NCBI RefSeq assembly: GCF_006345805.1
Contig: NC_043006.1
Span: 96,286,001 to 96,350,000, forward strand
Direction of reading: 5' to 3'
DNA: 64,000 nt
Origin: Octopus sinensis
Lineage: Eukaryota
The notes below the pieces were generated by a model. It was given only the letters and a program-made list of their open reading frames with translations, was not told where the DNA came from and made no database searches. Each line of letters opens with the position of its first letter. Position 1 is the first letter of the stretch. Shown here piece by piece: positions 1 through 11,369 of the stretch. Made by a program: the position numbers and the translations under genes.

Positions 1-13
1 CATCATCATCATC

Positions 14-63
<50 letters not shown>

Positions 64-135
64 TATCATCGTGGTGGTGGTGGTCGTCATCATCATTATC
101 ATAGTCATCATCATCATCATCGTCATCAACAGGAG
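1..135. repeat. (CAT)n microsatellite
   Basis: catcatcat run with minor interruptions. Confidence 0.95.
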
Positions 136-540
136 CAGCAGCAGTAACACCATCTATAGTCATTCAGACATACTGCGCTGTTACTATTGAAAACGTATCA
201 TACTGAATAGGAGCTTAATGCTAAAAATATTTTCCAATAAAAAACTTCATATGTAACGCTTAAATCTGATAAAATAGGAAGGAACGAAGGATTAGGTGGA
301 AGTAGGTAAATAAATATATCGATATTTGTAAATTTCCTGATTATTTGTGTTAATGACTTCACTGTCAGCATCATCAGCATTATCGTCATCATCATCAGCA
401 TCATCGTTGTCGTCGTCGTCGTTGTCATCGCCATCTGGTGAAGAGGGTTGAATCATTAGGACCGAAATAATTGCTGGATTTTATTTATTTGAAACAGATT
501 AATGACTTCATTATACTTAAAGGATAAAGCTTAACGACAA

Positions 541-735
541 GGATCATCATCATCATTATCATCATCATCATCCTCATCATCATCATTATCATTATCATCA
601 TTCTTATCATCATCATCATCATCATCATCATTATTATCATCATCATCATCATTCTTATCATCACCACTATCATCATCATCATCATCGTCGTCGTCGTTAT
701 CATTATTATCAGCAGTATCTTCGCAGTCGTCATCA
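541..735. repeat. Degenerate (CAT)n microsatellite
   Basis: cat/tat/cgt triplet run. Confidence 0.9.
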
Positions 736-1070
736 TTAATTTTTCTTTTTATGATGTTTCCATTCTAGATACAAGGCCAGAAAATTTTGTTGTATAGACC
801 CCAGAGGATGAAAAGCAAAGGTGAATTCGGCGGAATTTGAACTCAGACTTCAGTGAACGCGAAGAAATGCTACAGTCCTCCTGACAATTCTAACAATCGA
901 CCATCTATTCTCATAGAAATATTTCTAATTTCGACACAGGATCGCAATTAGCGCGAGCGGAGGGTTTAGTCGCAAATATAGAGCCCATTATCTGACTGGT
1001 ACTTTCCTTAAGCAGCCACGGACGATGAAAGACAGTTGATCAGTATGAGATTTGCAATCTTGTTGTAGAA

Positions 1071-1250
1071 AGGCGCAGGAGTGGCTGTGTGGTAAGAAGA
1101 TTGCTTCCCAGCCACATGGTTCCGGGTTTAATCCCACTGCATGGCACCTTGGGCAAATGTGTTCTACCATAGCCTCGGGCCGACCAAAGCCTTGTGAGTG
1201 GATTTGGTAGACGAAAACTGAAAGCAGCCTGTCGCATATTCATATGTATG

Positions 1251-1281
<31 letters not shown>

Positions 1282-1450
1282 ATGTGTTTGTCCCCAACCA
1301 TTGTTTGACAATCGATATCAGTGTGTTTACGTCACCTTAACTTAGAATAAGTACTAGGCATACAAAGAATGGGTCTTGGGGTCGATTTGTTCGACTATAA
1401 GCGGTGCTCCAGCATGACCGCAGTCAAATGAATGAAACAACTAACAGTAA
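1071..1450 (+). mobile_element. tRNA-derived SINE family A, full length, internal (TA)(TG) tract
   Basis: Head ggcgcaggagtggctgtgtggtaag..ggttccgggtt; tail gcggtgctccagcatg..gtcaaatga; about 20 related copies in the window. Confidence 0.85.
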
Positions 1451-1524
1451 AAAAAAAAAAACTGAGAAAACAGCGCAAAGCATTGGTGGCGGGGGACATT
1501 CATTCCTTCGCCTTCATTTGGTTT

Positions 1525-1730
1525 CAGATTTTGGTAGAAGGCCAGAAATTCTGCAGGAGAGGGTAAGTTGATTACATCGAAGCCAATGTTCAACTGGTAC
1601 TTATTTTATCGACCCCGAAAGAATGAAATGCAAAGTCAAGCTGGAGGAATTTGAACTCAGAACGTAAAGACGAGCGATATGCCGCTAAGCATATTGTCCG
1701 GCGTGTTAACGATTTTACCACATCGCCACC
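1525..1730 (-). mobile_element. tRNA-derived SINE family C (Nin/Deu-like central domain)
   Basis: Reverse complement carries gttctgagttcaaattc..tttcattctttcggggtcgataaaataagtaccag; matches copies at 45869 and 62277. Confidence 0.8.
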
Positions 1731-1884
1731 TCAGTATTCTGCTTTTATTAAACAATCGTTTCCGATTGATGTAGAAAGGAACAAATCTAGTGGGAGGGTG
1801 GAAATCGATTAAATGTACCCTAGTATTTGTCTGTGTCGATTTTTTTTGTTTCGACCCCGAAATTTGGTCAACTGGAAGGTTTGA

Positions 1885-2040
1885 ACATTATTTACATAAT
1901 TTACATTATTAACATTTGACGGATATTTGTCCTCATCTTCTTTGTTGTTAACTTTCGACTGATATACCCTCCAGCTCTCATCAGGTGGCTTGGGGAAATT
2001 TCGAACCTGGGTTCTCATTCCTATGGTATTATTCGATGTT

Positions 2041-2043
<3 letters not shown>
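1885..2043 (-). mobile_element. Inverted headless copy of the hammerhead-bearing tail at 2288-2466
   Basis: About 155 bp inverted similarity to 2288-2450. Confidence 0.8.
1948..1988 (-). ncRNA. Degenerate type-I hammerhead ribozyme motif
   Basis: CAC-CUGAUGA-GAGCUG-loop-CAGUC-GAAA; helix III region deleted. Confidence 0.45.
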
Positions 2044-2103
<60 letters not shown>

Positions 2104-2124
2104 TTATTATTATTATTATTATTA

Positions 2125-2202
2125 TGCCCACGGGAATATGGCGTAGTGGTTAAGAGAGCTGACTACCAGCCCCAATATTTCGAATCCGATTCCAGGCAGT
2201 GA

Positions 2203-2267
<65 letters not shown>

Positions 2268-2466
2268 GTAATAATAATAATAATAACAACATCGAAAAAC
2301 ACCTTAGGAATGAGAATCTAGGTTCGAAATTTCCCCAAGCCACCTGATGAATGCTGGAGGGTATATCAACTGAAACGTGGTGTTAACAACACACAAGCCG
2401 AGGACAAATAACCGTCAAATGTAAATAATATAAACAATGTACATAATACCTCATCTTTTAAATACT
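2125..2466 (+). mobile_element. Composite element: tRNA-like head + (AAT)n + hammerhead-bearing tail
   Basis: A box TGGCGTAGTGG at 2139, degenerate B box at about 2181-2193, (AAT)n 2207-2287, CTGATGA..GAAAC at 2344-2376. Confidence 0.7.
2341..2383 (+). ncRNA. Degenerate type-I hammerhead ribozyme motif
   Basis: CAC-CUGAUGA-A-UGCUG-loop-CAACU-GAAAC-GUG-GUG; helix I CAC/GUG; N17=G, so probably inactive. Confidence 0.55.
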
Positions 2467-2564
2467 GTGAGTTTTAAATTCAGAATGTTTAGACAGAAAA
2501 CGGTCGCTGCGACGCATTTTCCCGCCGCTCTAACGACAGAACCAGCCTGCTGTCTCAATATTCC

Positions 2565-2795
2565 CTTCTTTTCTACTATAGTCGCAAAGCCTGAAATTTT
2601 GGAGGAGAGAGCTAACCAATTACACTGACCCCAGTGTATGACTGGTAATTACTTTATCGACCCCATTGCATAATTCTTATTTTAGCGATCCTAGTGCGTG
2701 ATTGTTACTGACTTTTTAATAATCCTCTCTACTGGAAATACGAGACCTCAAAGTATTTTGCGCGGCGCGCTAACGTTTCTGCCAGGTTCGCCGCC
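2565..2795 (-). mobile_element. SINE family C, internally deleted
   Basis: Head ggcggcgaacctggcagaaacgttagcgcgccg on minus; tail fragment at 2565-2665. Confidence 0.7.
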
Positions 2796-2869
2796 TCAAT
2801 AATAATAATAATAATAATGAATTTAGATTAAACTAGAGTTCTTCTCGATATAATGGGGGAGTAATTATC

Positions 2870-3560
2870 GACTGTGTGATGATGAAGATGATTGTGGTGG
2901 TGGTGGTGATTGTGATAAGGGGGAATAGGAGGAGTAGAATGGAGATGGTGGTGATGAAGGAGGAGACGGATTTTATAACTATATTGATGACGAGAAGGAA
3001 GGGGAGGACGTGGAGGGGAGGACGTGGAGGGGAGGAGGAGGAATAGAAGAGGAGGAGGAGGAGAAGAAGGAGAGACAGGATGAGGAGAGGAAAAGTAGAG
3101 AAGAATGCGGAAGAAGAGGAGATGGGTGAGGAAGAGGAGGGTGAGGAAGAGGAGGGTGAGAAGGAGGGTAATGAAGAGGAGGAGGAGGAGGAGAAGAAGA
3201 AGGAGAAACAGGATGAGGAGAGGAAAAGTAGAGAAGAAGGCGGAAGAAGAGGAGATGGGTGAGGAAGGGGAGGGGTAGAAGGAGGGTAATGAAGAGGACG
3301 TGGAGGAGAAGAAGAAGAAGGAGAAAGAGGAGCAGCAAGCGGTAGATAGCAGGAAGGAGAAGAAGAAGAAAGAAAAAGAGGCGCCGCAGGATGAAGAGAA
3401 GAGGAAGGAGGATAAAGAAAAGGAGCAGCAGCAGGGGGAGAAGGAGAGGGCTGTTGGTGATGCTGGTGGTGGTGGTAGTGGTGGTAGTGACAGTCGATGT
3501 TGATAACGACATTGGCGCCGCTGATGATAATAATGACGACGACGACCACGACGACCCACG
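2870..3560. repeat. Polypurine (GAG/GAA/GGT) low-complexity tract with an internal ~75 bp direct repeat
   Basis: gagaggaaaagtagagaagaa..gatgggtgaggaag occurs twice about 135 bp apart. Confidence 0.85.
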
Positions 3561-4094
3561 ATGATGATTAAGGATTTGTTGCTAAGTGTCTGTAAAGCTT
3601 TAATCAAACTCATTTATCTCCCTTATATTTTAGTTTTGTTTAATCCTCGCATTGTTTTCAGATTTAATATTCCAGTAATATTCTTCTTTCTAATTAACGA
3701 TCATGAAGATTATGATGACAGCAATAAATTAGAGACAAAACAACGGTAAGCAGCAGCACCTAAATTTCCAAATATCCGTTCGTTCGCTTATCCTGTTCTT
3801 TATCTACTTCCACTTAACCACTTACGTTTTCCTAGATTTAAATGTTTAATAATATTAAACACTTAAAATCAAGAAAACTTTTATTTCTTTGACATTTTTA
3901 ACCGGAGAAAAATCCTCACCGATTTCAATTTATTCGACGGATTTTTATTTAATATCATTTCCCCTCCCTCCATCCCTCCTTCCTTCCCTCCCTCCCTCTA
4001 TCCCTCCCCCTCTCCCTCTCCCCCCCTTCCTCCCTTAACGTTGAATTGCAATTGTTTCTTCTGTTTTCTTTTTCCCGTTTGCCTGCTTACAGGG

Positions 4095-4760
4095 TGGTGG
4101 TGGTAATTATGGTGATGATGATGATGGTGATGATGATGATGATGCTGATGGTGGTGGTGGTGGTGGTGGTGGTGGTGGTGGTGATGATGATCTCAGTGTA
4201 ATGCTGCTGATGAGGAAGAAGTGGAGGAGGAGAAGGAGGATGCTGATAATAAGGGTGAGAGTGAAGGTGGTCATAGTGCTAGTAGTGACGATGATGATGA
4301 GGAGGAGGTGGATGACGTGGAAGAAGAAGGAGGAGGAAGAGGAGGAGAAAGAGGAAAAGAAGAAGAAGAAGAAGAAGAAGAAGAAGAAGAAGAAGAAGAA
4401 GAAGAAGAAGAAGAAGAAGAAGAAGAAGAAGAAGAAGAAGAAGAAAAAGAAGAAGAAGAAGGGCGTGGAGGAGAAGATTTGTCTACTCAATGCATTCGTT
4501 AACCTCTTTCATTTACAAGAAGCAGTTATTCCGGATCTAGAGATCCAATAGTTTTTCCGAGATGATGATGATGATGATGAAGTGAATAAAGAGGAGCAGG
4601 GGGAGCAGGATGGTGGTCATGGTGTTGTTTATGATGATGGTGTTGGTGTGTATGGTGATGCTTGTCGTAGACGTGGTCGTGGTACTAAGGACGACGACGA
4701 TGATAATAACGATGATGATGATGACGATGATGATGACGATGGCCTCGATTGTTATGCTCG
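4095..4760. repeat. Compound (GAT)/(GGT)/(GAG)/(GAA)n microsatellite
   Basis: Triplet runs; pure (GAA)n at about 4360-4460. Confidence 0.9.
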
Positions 4761-5024
4761 CAACAATAATCCTTACCAATTCCAGAACTGCTTATTCTTT
4801 CACATATTCATTTATTTTATTACTTCCGTTTATACATTCTTTCACTAAAGAGTTTATGCTTCTCCTTACTGCCAACTGGACGACAGGCCGCACTTCCATT
4901 TCATATTGAGTACGTCAGGCCAATTCAGCGCACCATATATGTATATCTAGCTAGCTAGTTAATTTATCCATCTATCTACATGTGTGTGTGTGTGTGTGTG
5001 TGTGTTTGTGTATGTGTCTGTGTG

Positions 5025-5059
<35 letters not shown>

Positions 5060-6089
5060 ATACAACATCAGACAGACAGATAGATAGAGAGAGAGAGAGA
5101 GAAAGAGAAAACAAAAGCTGCATTTTTTAATTACTGGTAAAATCCATTCTACGGGCTTCCTCACAGTTTCCGACTATCCAATTTGAGACACAGGCTTAGT
5201 TCGATTCAGATCTCTGATAGAAGGCTTTGTCGAAATGTCGCAACATGTAATCAAACCTCGATCCTCTGATGACAAAACGAGTGTTTTCGTCACTGGGCCA
5301 CGCTTGCATCCAGAATCAGTCAGGTGATCGATTTAATCGATTATTTTCTTTATATATAAAAAAAAAACAAGAAAAAGAACAGTGAGAAAAAATAAGGTTC
5401 GATCTTATAGCGATCTCGAAGTCCTTGATTTATTAGCACTTTCGGCTCAACGGTTCTCTTGTGATTTATGAAATACCGATAGTATCTGTTCATTCGTTCC
5501 AAGCTAAAATGTAACAGCTGATAGTGTTTTATATTTTTATTGCCATAAAAACACAGAGTTTGTTTATATCCCGCAATATTGCGAAGATAATGCAAGGCCG
5601 ATTTTAAAATTTTCACCTCAGTAAAGATATACTTCATCAAATTATGAGTTGTGGGGTTTTATCCAGCATATTATGTATTCGGTTAGTTTGTATAAAATAT
5701 CATATAAGTTACTTATCACATTGAAAAATAACTTTAAAGATAAACGATTTCGATAAGAAAACATTTTACTAAGAGGTACAGAATGCTGAAAAGACTGAGA
5801 TGAAGAGAGAGAGAGAGAGAGGGAGGAAGAAAAGGATAAAGAACGAAAGGAGGAGGACTCGATCACAATTCTAGACTCTTTGTAATATATACGAAAGGAC
5901 TTTAGCCACTCTAGCATAATGTTTATTTCTAATATTATGATACTCTCCAAGTAGGTTTCACCTGGGTAATGCAAGATATATACCCCTCATCGAACAATCA
6001 ACATATTCTTCATATTGACTTGTGACCACACATTAAGCCGAAGTAGGTCCTGGTCAATGTTCTTTTATCAAAAGCAGCATATTTTGCCA

Positions 6090-6250
6090 ATAATGCCCGT
6101 AAACTTGCCATTCGGCAAAAAGAGGTAGAATAAACACCAGGCTTTAAAAAGAATTGTATTGAAGATCAATTTATTCGACTAACAATTCTTCAAGGTGGTG
6201 CCCCAGCATGGCCGCAGTCTAATGACTGAAGCCAGTAAAAGATTAAAGAT
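6090..6250 (+). mobile_element. SINE family A, 3' half
   Basis: ggtggtgccccagcatggccgcagtctaatgactgaa tail. Confidence 0.7.
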
Positions 6251-6319
6251 CCGTATTCTGTGTATCTTCCTTTTTTCCTTAATTTCAAATTCAAACCCCT
6301 AATTCTGCAGAGTATCTTT

Positions 6320-6533
6320 TCTTTTCTACTCTAGGCACACAGCCTGAAATTTTGGGGGAAGGGTCCATTCCACTATGTGGACCCCAGTACGCAACTGGTA
6401 CTTCATTTATCGGCCCTGAAAGTACGAAAGTCAAAGTCGACCTCGGCGGAATTTGAACTCAGAACATAAAAGACAGACGAAACACCGCTAAGCATTTCGC
6501 CCGGCGTTCTAACGTTTGTGGCAGCTCACCGCC
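6320..6533 (-). mobile_element. SINE family C
   Basis: gtcgacctcggcggaatttgaactcagaac..gcagctcaccgcc. Confidence 0.8.
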
Positions 6534-6780
6534 TTTCATCAAGAAATTATTATCTCCCTTATATTAACTTTCCCTTAATGGATTTCAGATGCTAAAGAAC
6601 TTTCGCAACTTTCATACAGATGAAAACAGCAATACTTTCATAAATTTCTATGTAAAAATATTTCGATAATTATAAAGGGGTAACATTAATTAACTAATTA
6701 ATTAATCGATTAATTAATAATTAATAAATTTACCAAATAGTTCAGTATGTTAAATATAACCTTTTTAAAGTAAAATTAAA

Positions 6781-7103
6781 CAAATATTCTATAATTATAA
6801 ACATAATTATAATCAGGGGTCAACTAATTGCTTCGCTACGCACCGAATTTAGAAATAGGAGTTAAAATGCCTTTTCTACTACCATAAAGATCTCCCAGAC
6901 AGTAACAAACTTTTGGGGAGGGGGCCAGTCGATTATGTCGAACCCAGTATGCAACTGGTACTTACTTTATCGATGTGTTACTGCCTGGGAGATCTTTATG
7001 GTAGTAGAAAAGGCATTTTAACTGCTATTTCTAAATTCGGTGCGTGACAAAGCAATTAGCTGACACCCTGACTATAATTATGCTTATAATTTTAGAATAT
7101 TTG
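6781..7103. repeat. Fold-back: ~127 bp inverted arms around a SINE-C fragment
   Basis: 6781-6907 is the imperfect reverse complement of 6976-7103. Confidence 0.85.
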
Positions 7104-7424
7104 TATCTACATTTCGATGTAATATTCTTGTTACCAGCATTCACACACACACTTTATAATCTATATAGAATCTAAAGTAAATGACGTTCTTTCAGTTTTT
7201 TTGTTTTATTTTTAATGGTCAACTTTATACAAAGTTGATTTTACAAACTAATGCTTATCCAATATATTTTGATCAGTAAATACCATAAAATACTTAAAAC
7301 GCTTTCTATATTTTTTCACAGCTGGCTAATATGCTATAATGGGTTTATAACTCTATTCAAATGTATGCCGTAAAAATATGATATATATAAAGTTATGTGT
7401 ATGTATGTATGTATGTATGTATGT

Positions 7425-7650
7425 ATTTTATTTCGCGTTGCTCCAGTCCACTCAGCTGACAAAAATGAGTAGCACCTGTATTTCAAACGGCCAGCCTTTT
7501 CACACTCTGTGTCACGCTGAATCTCCCTGAGAACTACGTTAAGGGTACATGTGTTTGTGGAGTACTCAGCCACTTGCACGTTAATTTCACGAGCAAGCTG
7601 TTTTGTTGATCAGATCAGCTGCAGCCCACATCGTCGTAACCGACGGAGTA
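7425..7650 (+). mobile_element. SINE family B body
   Basis: gtcacgctgaatctccctgagaactacgttaagggtac..ttaatttcacgagc, as in the copy at 56567. Confidence 0.75.
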
Positions 7651-7981
7651 CACCTTTATGTTAGTATGTTGATGTCTATGTGCGTATTTATGTATGTACA
7701 TAGATATATACATACACACACATACACGTAAACATACATATGCATACGCACATACATGTATACATACATATGGTATATATTTATGTATATATATGATCAT
7801 CTAATATATAATCGCAGTAACTACTTTCGAAGAACATTCTGACTTAGTCATTTTTGCTTTCAATGTATATATGATTTGAATATGAATTGTATTCTTTTAT
7901 TGAGCACTTTGCTAAATACGATGTACACAAAAATACATCATTGTCATCCTCGTGAAATATCTATTTCCATAATATATTTAT

Positions 7982-8144
7982 AGGCGCAGGATTGGCTGTG
8001 TGGTAAGAATCTTGCTTCCCAACCACATGGTCCCAAGTTCGCTCCCACTGCGTGGCACCTTGGTCAAGTATCTTCTATATTAACCTCGAGCCGACCAAAG
8101 CCTTGTGAGTGAATCTGCTGGACGGAAACTGAAAGCAGTCTGTC

Positions 8145-8150
<6 letters not shown>
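7982..8150 (+). mobile_element. SINE family A, 5' half, followed by (TA)n(TG)n
   Basis: ggcgcaggattggctgtgtggtaag..ggaaactgaaag. Confidence 0.8.
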
Positions 8151-8189
<39 letters not shown>

Positions 8190-8200
8190 ATATATATATA

Positions 8201-8242
<42 letters not shown>

Positions 8243-9013
8243 CAGCGTATGATGCTGTATGTGGCTCTCTTTGTGTCTGTGTATTCGACTCAACGGCTTC
8301 GTTTAAAATACGGTGTTGTACCACTAAGTTTGAATTAGCCTTTCAATGAAGTATTTTAAGTCATACCTGAACCTAGAGGGCCGTCAGGCCAGAGTTTATT
8401 CCAGTTTTTGAGGAAGCCAATCCGTTGCAAGATTATATCACCCAGCTTTTGCAGCAGTTCCGACTGGACGTGCACAACTGAGGGGACTGGATGGAATAAG
8501 AAACACAAACTGTTACCCGATGTGAGAAATGAACCTGCGGTGTAACGATTGGGAGCCCAGCACCTTAAACACTTGCCCGTGCCACTTTGTATGAGTATCC
8601 GACTGAAATAAAGAATGAGTTAGGTATAATCAAAGAAAACACTTCACTAATACGGTTACAGTTCAATGACTACCATACGAATTGGAATAAGGAATATATT
8701 ACACGCATAAAAACATACATATACATAAGCACACACGTTCACACACATGTATACACATATATACATATATGTATGTGTATGTGTGTGTAAATATATTCTT
8801 TTTTTTTCTTTTACTTGTTTCAGTCATTTGACTATGGTCATACTGGAGCACCGCCTTTAGTGAAACAAATCGACCCTAGGATTTATTCTTTGTAAGGTTG
8901 ATACTTATTTACTTATTGAATCGGTATCTTTTGCCGAACCGCTATGTTATGGGGACGTAAACACACCAACATCGGTCGTCAAACGATTGTTGGGGTGACG
9001 AATACAGACATGC

Positions 9014-9088
<75 letters not shown>

Positions 9089-9110
9089 ATATACATACAC
9101 AAACACGGAG

Positions 9111-9310
9111 ATGCAGCACGGTTTTTGTCAGTAAACAGGTCGCAGTCTTAAAGCGACGAAAATATTTTGACAAATTAAACTTATATGTTGGAGTGAATCG
9201 AACGGTTTTGCGTGTTTCCTAGATGGCTTATAAACACCTTCCACGCTGCAATTGTTTTCGTTCCAGCACACGATCTCAGATCAAATTACTTGCTATGCGA
9301 GTACATCTCC
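9111..9310 (+). mobile_element. 200-bp (TA)n-flanked hammerhead-bearing unit (retrozyme-like), copy 1
   Basis: Same ends and length as the inverted copy at 37581-37780. Confidence 0.8.
9126..9172 (+). ncRNA. Hammerhead-like motif, G3:C8 core with G5A decay
   Basis: UGUCA-GUAAACA-G-GUCGC-loop-GCGAC-GAAA-AUAUU-U-UGACA. Confidence 0.5.
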
Positions 9311-9927
9311 TATATATATATATATATATATATAAATACGACGGTCTTCTTTCAGTTTCCATCTACCAATTTTACTGACAAGGCTTTGGTTGGCCCAAGG
9401 CTATAGTAGAAGACACGCCCAAGGTGCTACGCAATGGGACTGAACCCAGGACCATGTGGTCGAGAAGACACTCCTGTACCCATATATACATATACGTAAA
9501 TATATATACGTACATACATATGTGTGTTTGTGTGTATGAGTGTGTATAAGCGCATATAGACAAATATATATACATGTACGTGTGTGTACGCATGTATTTA
9601 TATATATTTGTAAACTATCTTATGTGTAAAAATCTTTGCGTGTGCGTCTGTGTTATTGTGTATCTGTATTTATGTATTCGCTTGTGTTCGTATGTGCTCG
9701 TGTGCGCGCGTGAGCGTTTTTCATCAATGTGAGAAAACGGTGAATGAGACGAAATAAAAAGTGATTAAAGAGATATTAGAGAGAAATCGCGAGGGAACGG
9801 TGGTATAAGCGTGAAGAACTTTTGAAACAGAAGAGTAAAACTGAAAGTGAAGTCTGGAGATTGGTCTTCCAGTGTCTTGGGCTATAAATAACAAACTAAG
9901 GAACTGACATTTTGCTTACTTCCTCAG

Positions 9928-9982
9928 AATCTCTATGCAAATCTTTGCCAAGTATTACCCACTTCTGCGTAGATTTTGACAG
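9928..9982 (+). CDS. Candidate internal exon of an unidentified gene (xSLCKSLPSITHFCVDFD)
   Basis: CTGAC branch site, ttttgcttacttcctcag acceptor, AG|GTTAAT donor; one open frame. Confidence 0.2.
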
Positions 9983-10271
9983 GTTAATTTCTGAAATGGT
10001 CAACGGTGCAATTTTGCTTCCTTTCGTAGGCAAGAGAACAATTTGCTTCTTTCTTTTATAATTTTTTTTATTTGATTTATTTTCATTTTCCATCAATAGA
10101 TGCGTATAAATTTCGTTGATTGAGTTCGAGTTGAGTGGAATTAGAATGTGCTGCAAACTGTTTTGTACGCTACCAAAAATCTACAGATCCTGTGCTTGTA
10201 ATAATTATAGTAATGTTTCGTTTCTTAAGCACAGGGGCTGCAAAAAAGATCGGGTTCGGTGCAGGTTAATA

Positions 10272-10838
10272 TTAGGTTGTCCGGAATGTTCGTGCCGATA
10301 TTTAAAGGAAAGAAAAAGGTCAATAAATACTTGCCATTACATTTTAATCAACCAAATATGAACCATTTTGTTGCACAATACGTCTCCATCTTATCTTTAA
10401 CTTGAACATACCCTCTTCCCAGAACTGAGGTGGTTTCATGGCAAAGAATTCATCAAGTTATCTTTTTACGTCTTCCAAGAAATTGAAATTTCTACCATTA
10501 AGACTATTCTGCAGAGACCTGAATAAGTGGAAATCCGAAGGAGCAATATCTGGTTAATATGGAGGGTGGGGTAACACATCCCAGCCGAGCTGTAACAATT
10601 TTTGTCTGGTTCCCAAAGTATCAAGTGCCGAAAATGAACTTTCTTATCTTCCATTTTAAAGGGTTACAGAATTAACGCAGATTATAGGAACATAAACCTT
10701 CTTCTACGAAAAAAATAGCTTAAACTGTGCTCCAAATGGAGGTGTAGTCAAATCCTATTTTATGGACTCAAACCATGTTCTAAAATAAGTCGAAAAATAA
10801 GCTACTATAAATCGGCACGAACTTTCCGGACAACCCAA
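10272..10838 (-). mobile_element. Internally deleted mariner (IS630-Tc1-mariner)
   Basis: ~28 bp TIRs ttaggttgtccggaatgttcgtgccgat / atcggcacgaactttccggacaacccaa with TA duplications; QLGWDVLPHPPY*PDIAPSDFHLFRSL. Confidence 0.9.
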
Positions 10839-11369
10839 TATATTTTGGAATTACATTAAAGACCATGTAAGCAAGGGAAATAACAAGAAAAATGGCAAAA
10901 ATGTAATAAAAACTCCCCCAAAGCAAGGAAACTTCTGAGGGCTACATCGCGGAGACACTGTAAAACCATTGTCACTTTGGCTATAAAAGGTAGTGCTCCT
11001 TTCCAGTTGTCGTCCTCCAATCTACAGGCGCACACTCATAGCAAGACTTTGCTAACCTCTCTCGCCCACCTTCCAAGAAACTTGTTAGGATCTAGTACTT
11101 TACTCTCTACCCACATTTTCCTTCTCATCTGAAAACGGGAAAATCATATGAACCGTTTCAGCAAAAGGTGTTTATTTTCGTCATATCAATCTCATCCACA
11201 ACACACTCACTTTCGTTAATGATTATTATTATTATTATTGTTGTTGTTGTTGTTGTTGTTGTTGGTATCACCTGTGTAACCCTAAGCTCAGAAACAGGAG
11301 GTGCGGGGTGTGCACTTGCATTGCCTGAAATTTTGTTGGGGCAGTGAAGTCGCTTTGAACCTCCCCAGT

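Larger units (their letters stand above)
8800..9480 (-). mobile_element. SINE family A with a 200-bp element nested in its internal (TA)n
   Basis: 3' half 8800-9005, 5' half 9335-9480, insert 9111-9310. Confidence 0.8.

Noticed and set aside
3960-4035. C-rich tracts that could form G-quadruplexes on the minus strand (also 18800-18860)
   Set aside because: Ordinary low-complexity sequence with no functional context.
9897-10040. Minus-strand exon reading GSKIAPLT..DSEE with donor GAA|GTAAGC
   Set aside because: Overlaps the plus candidate that has the stronger acceptor; no recognisable homology; cannot be resolved.
10983-11010. TATAAAA followed by CCAGTT (promoter or solo LTR)
   Set aside because: Spacing is short, and no paired LTR, TG..CA ends or downstream exon was found.
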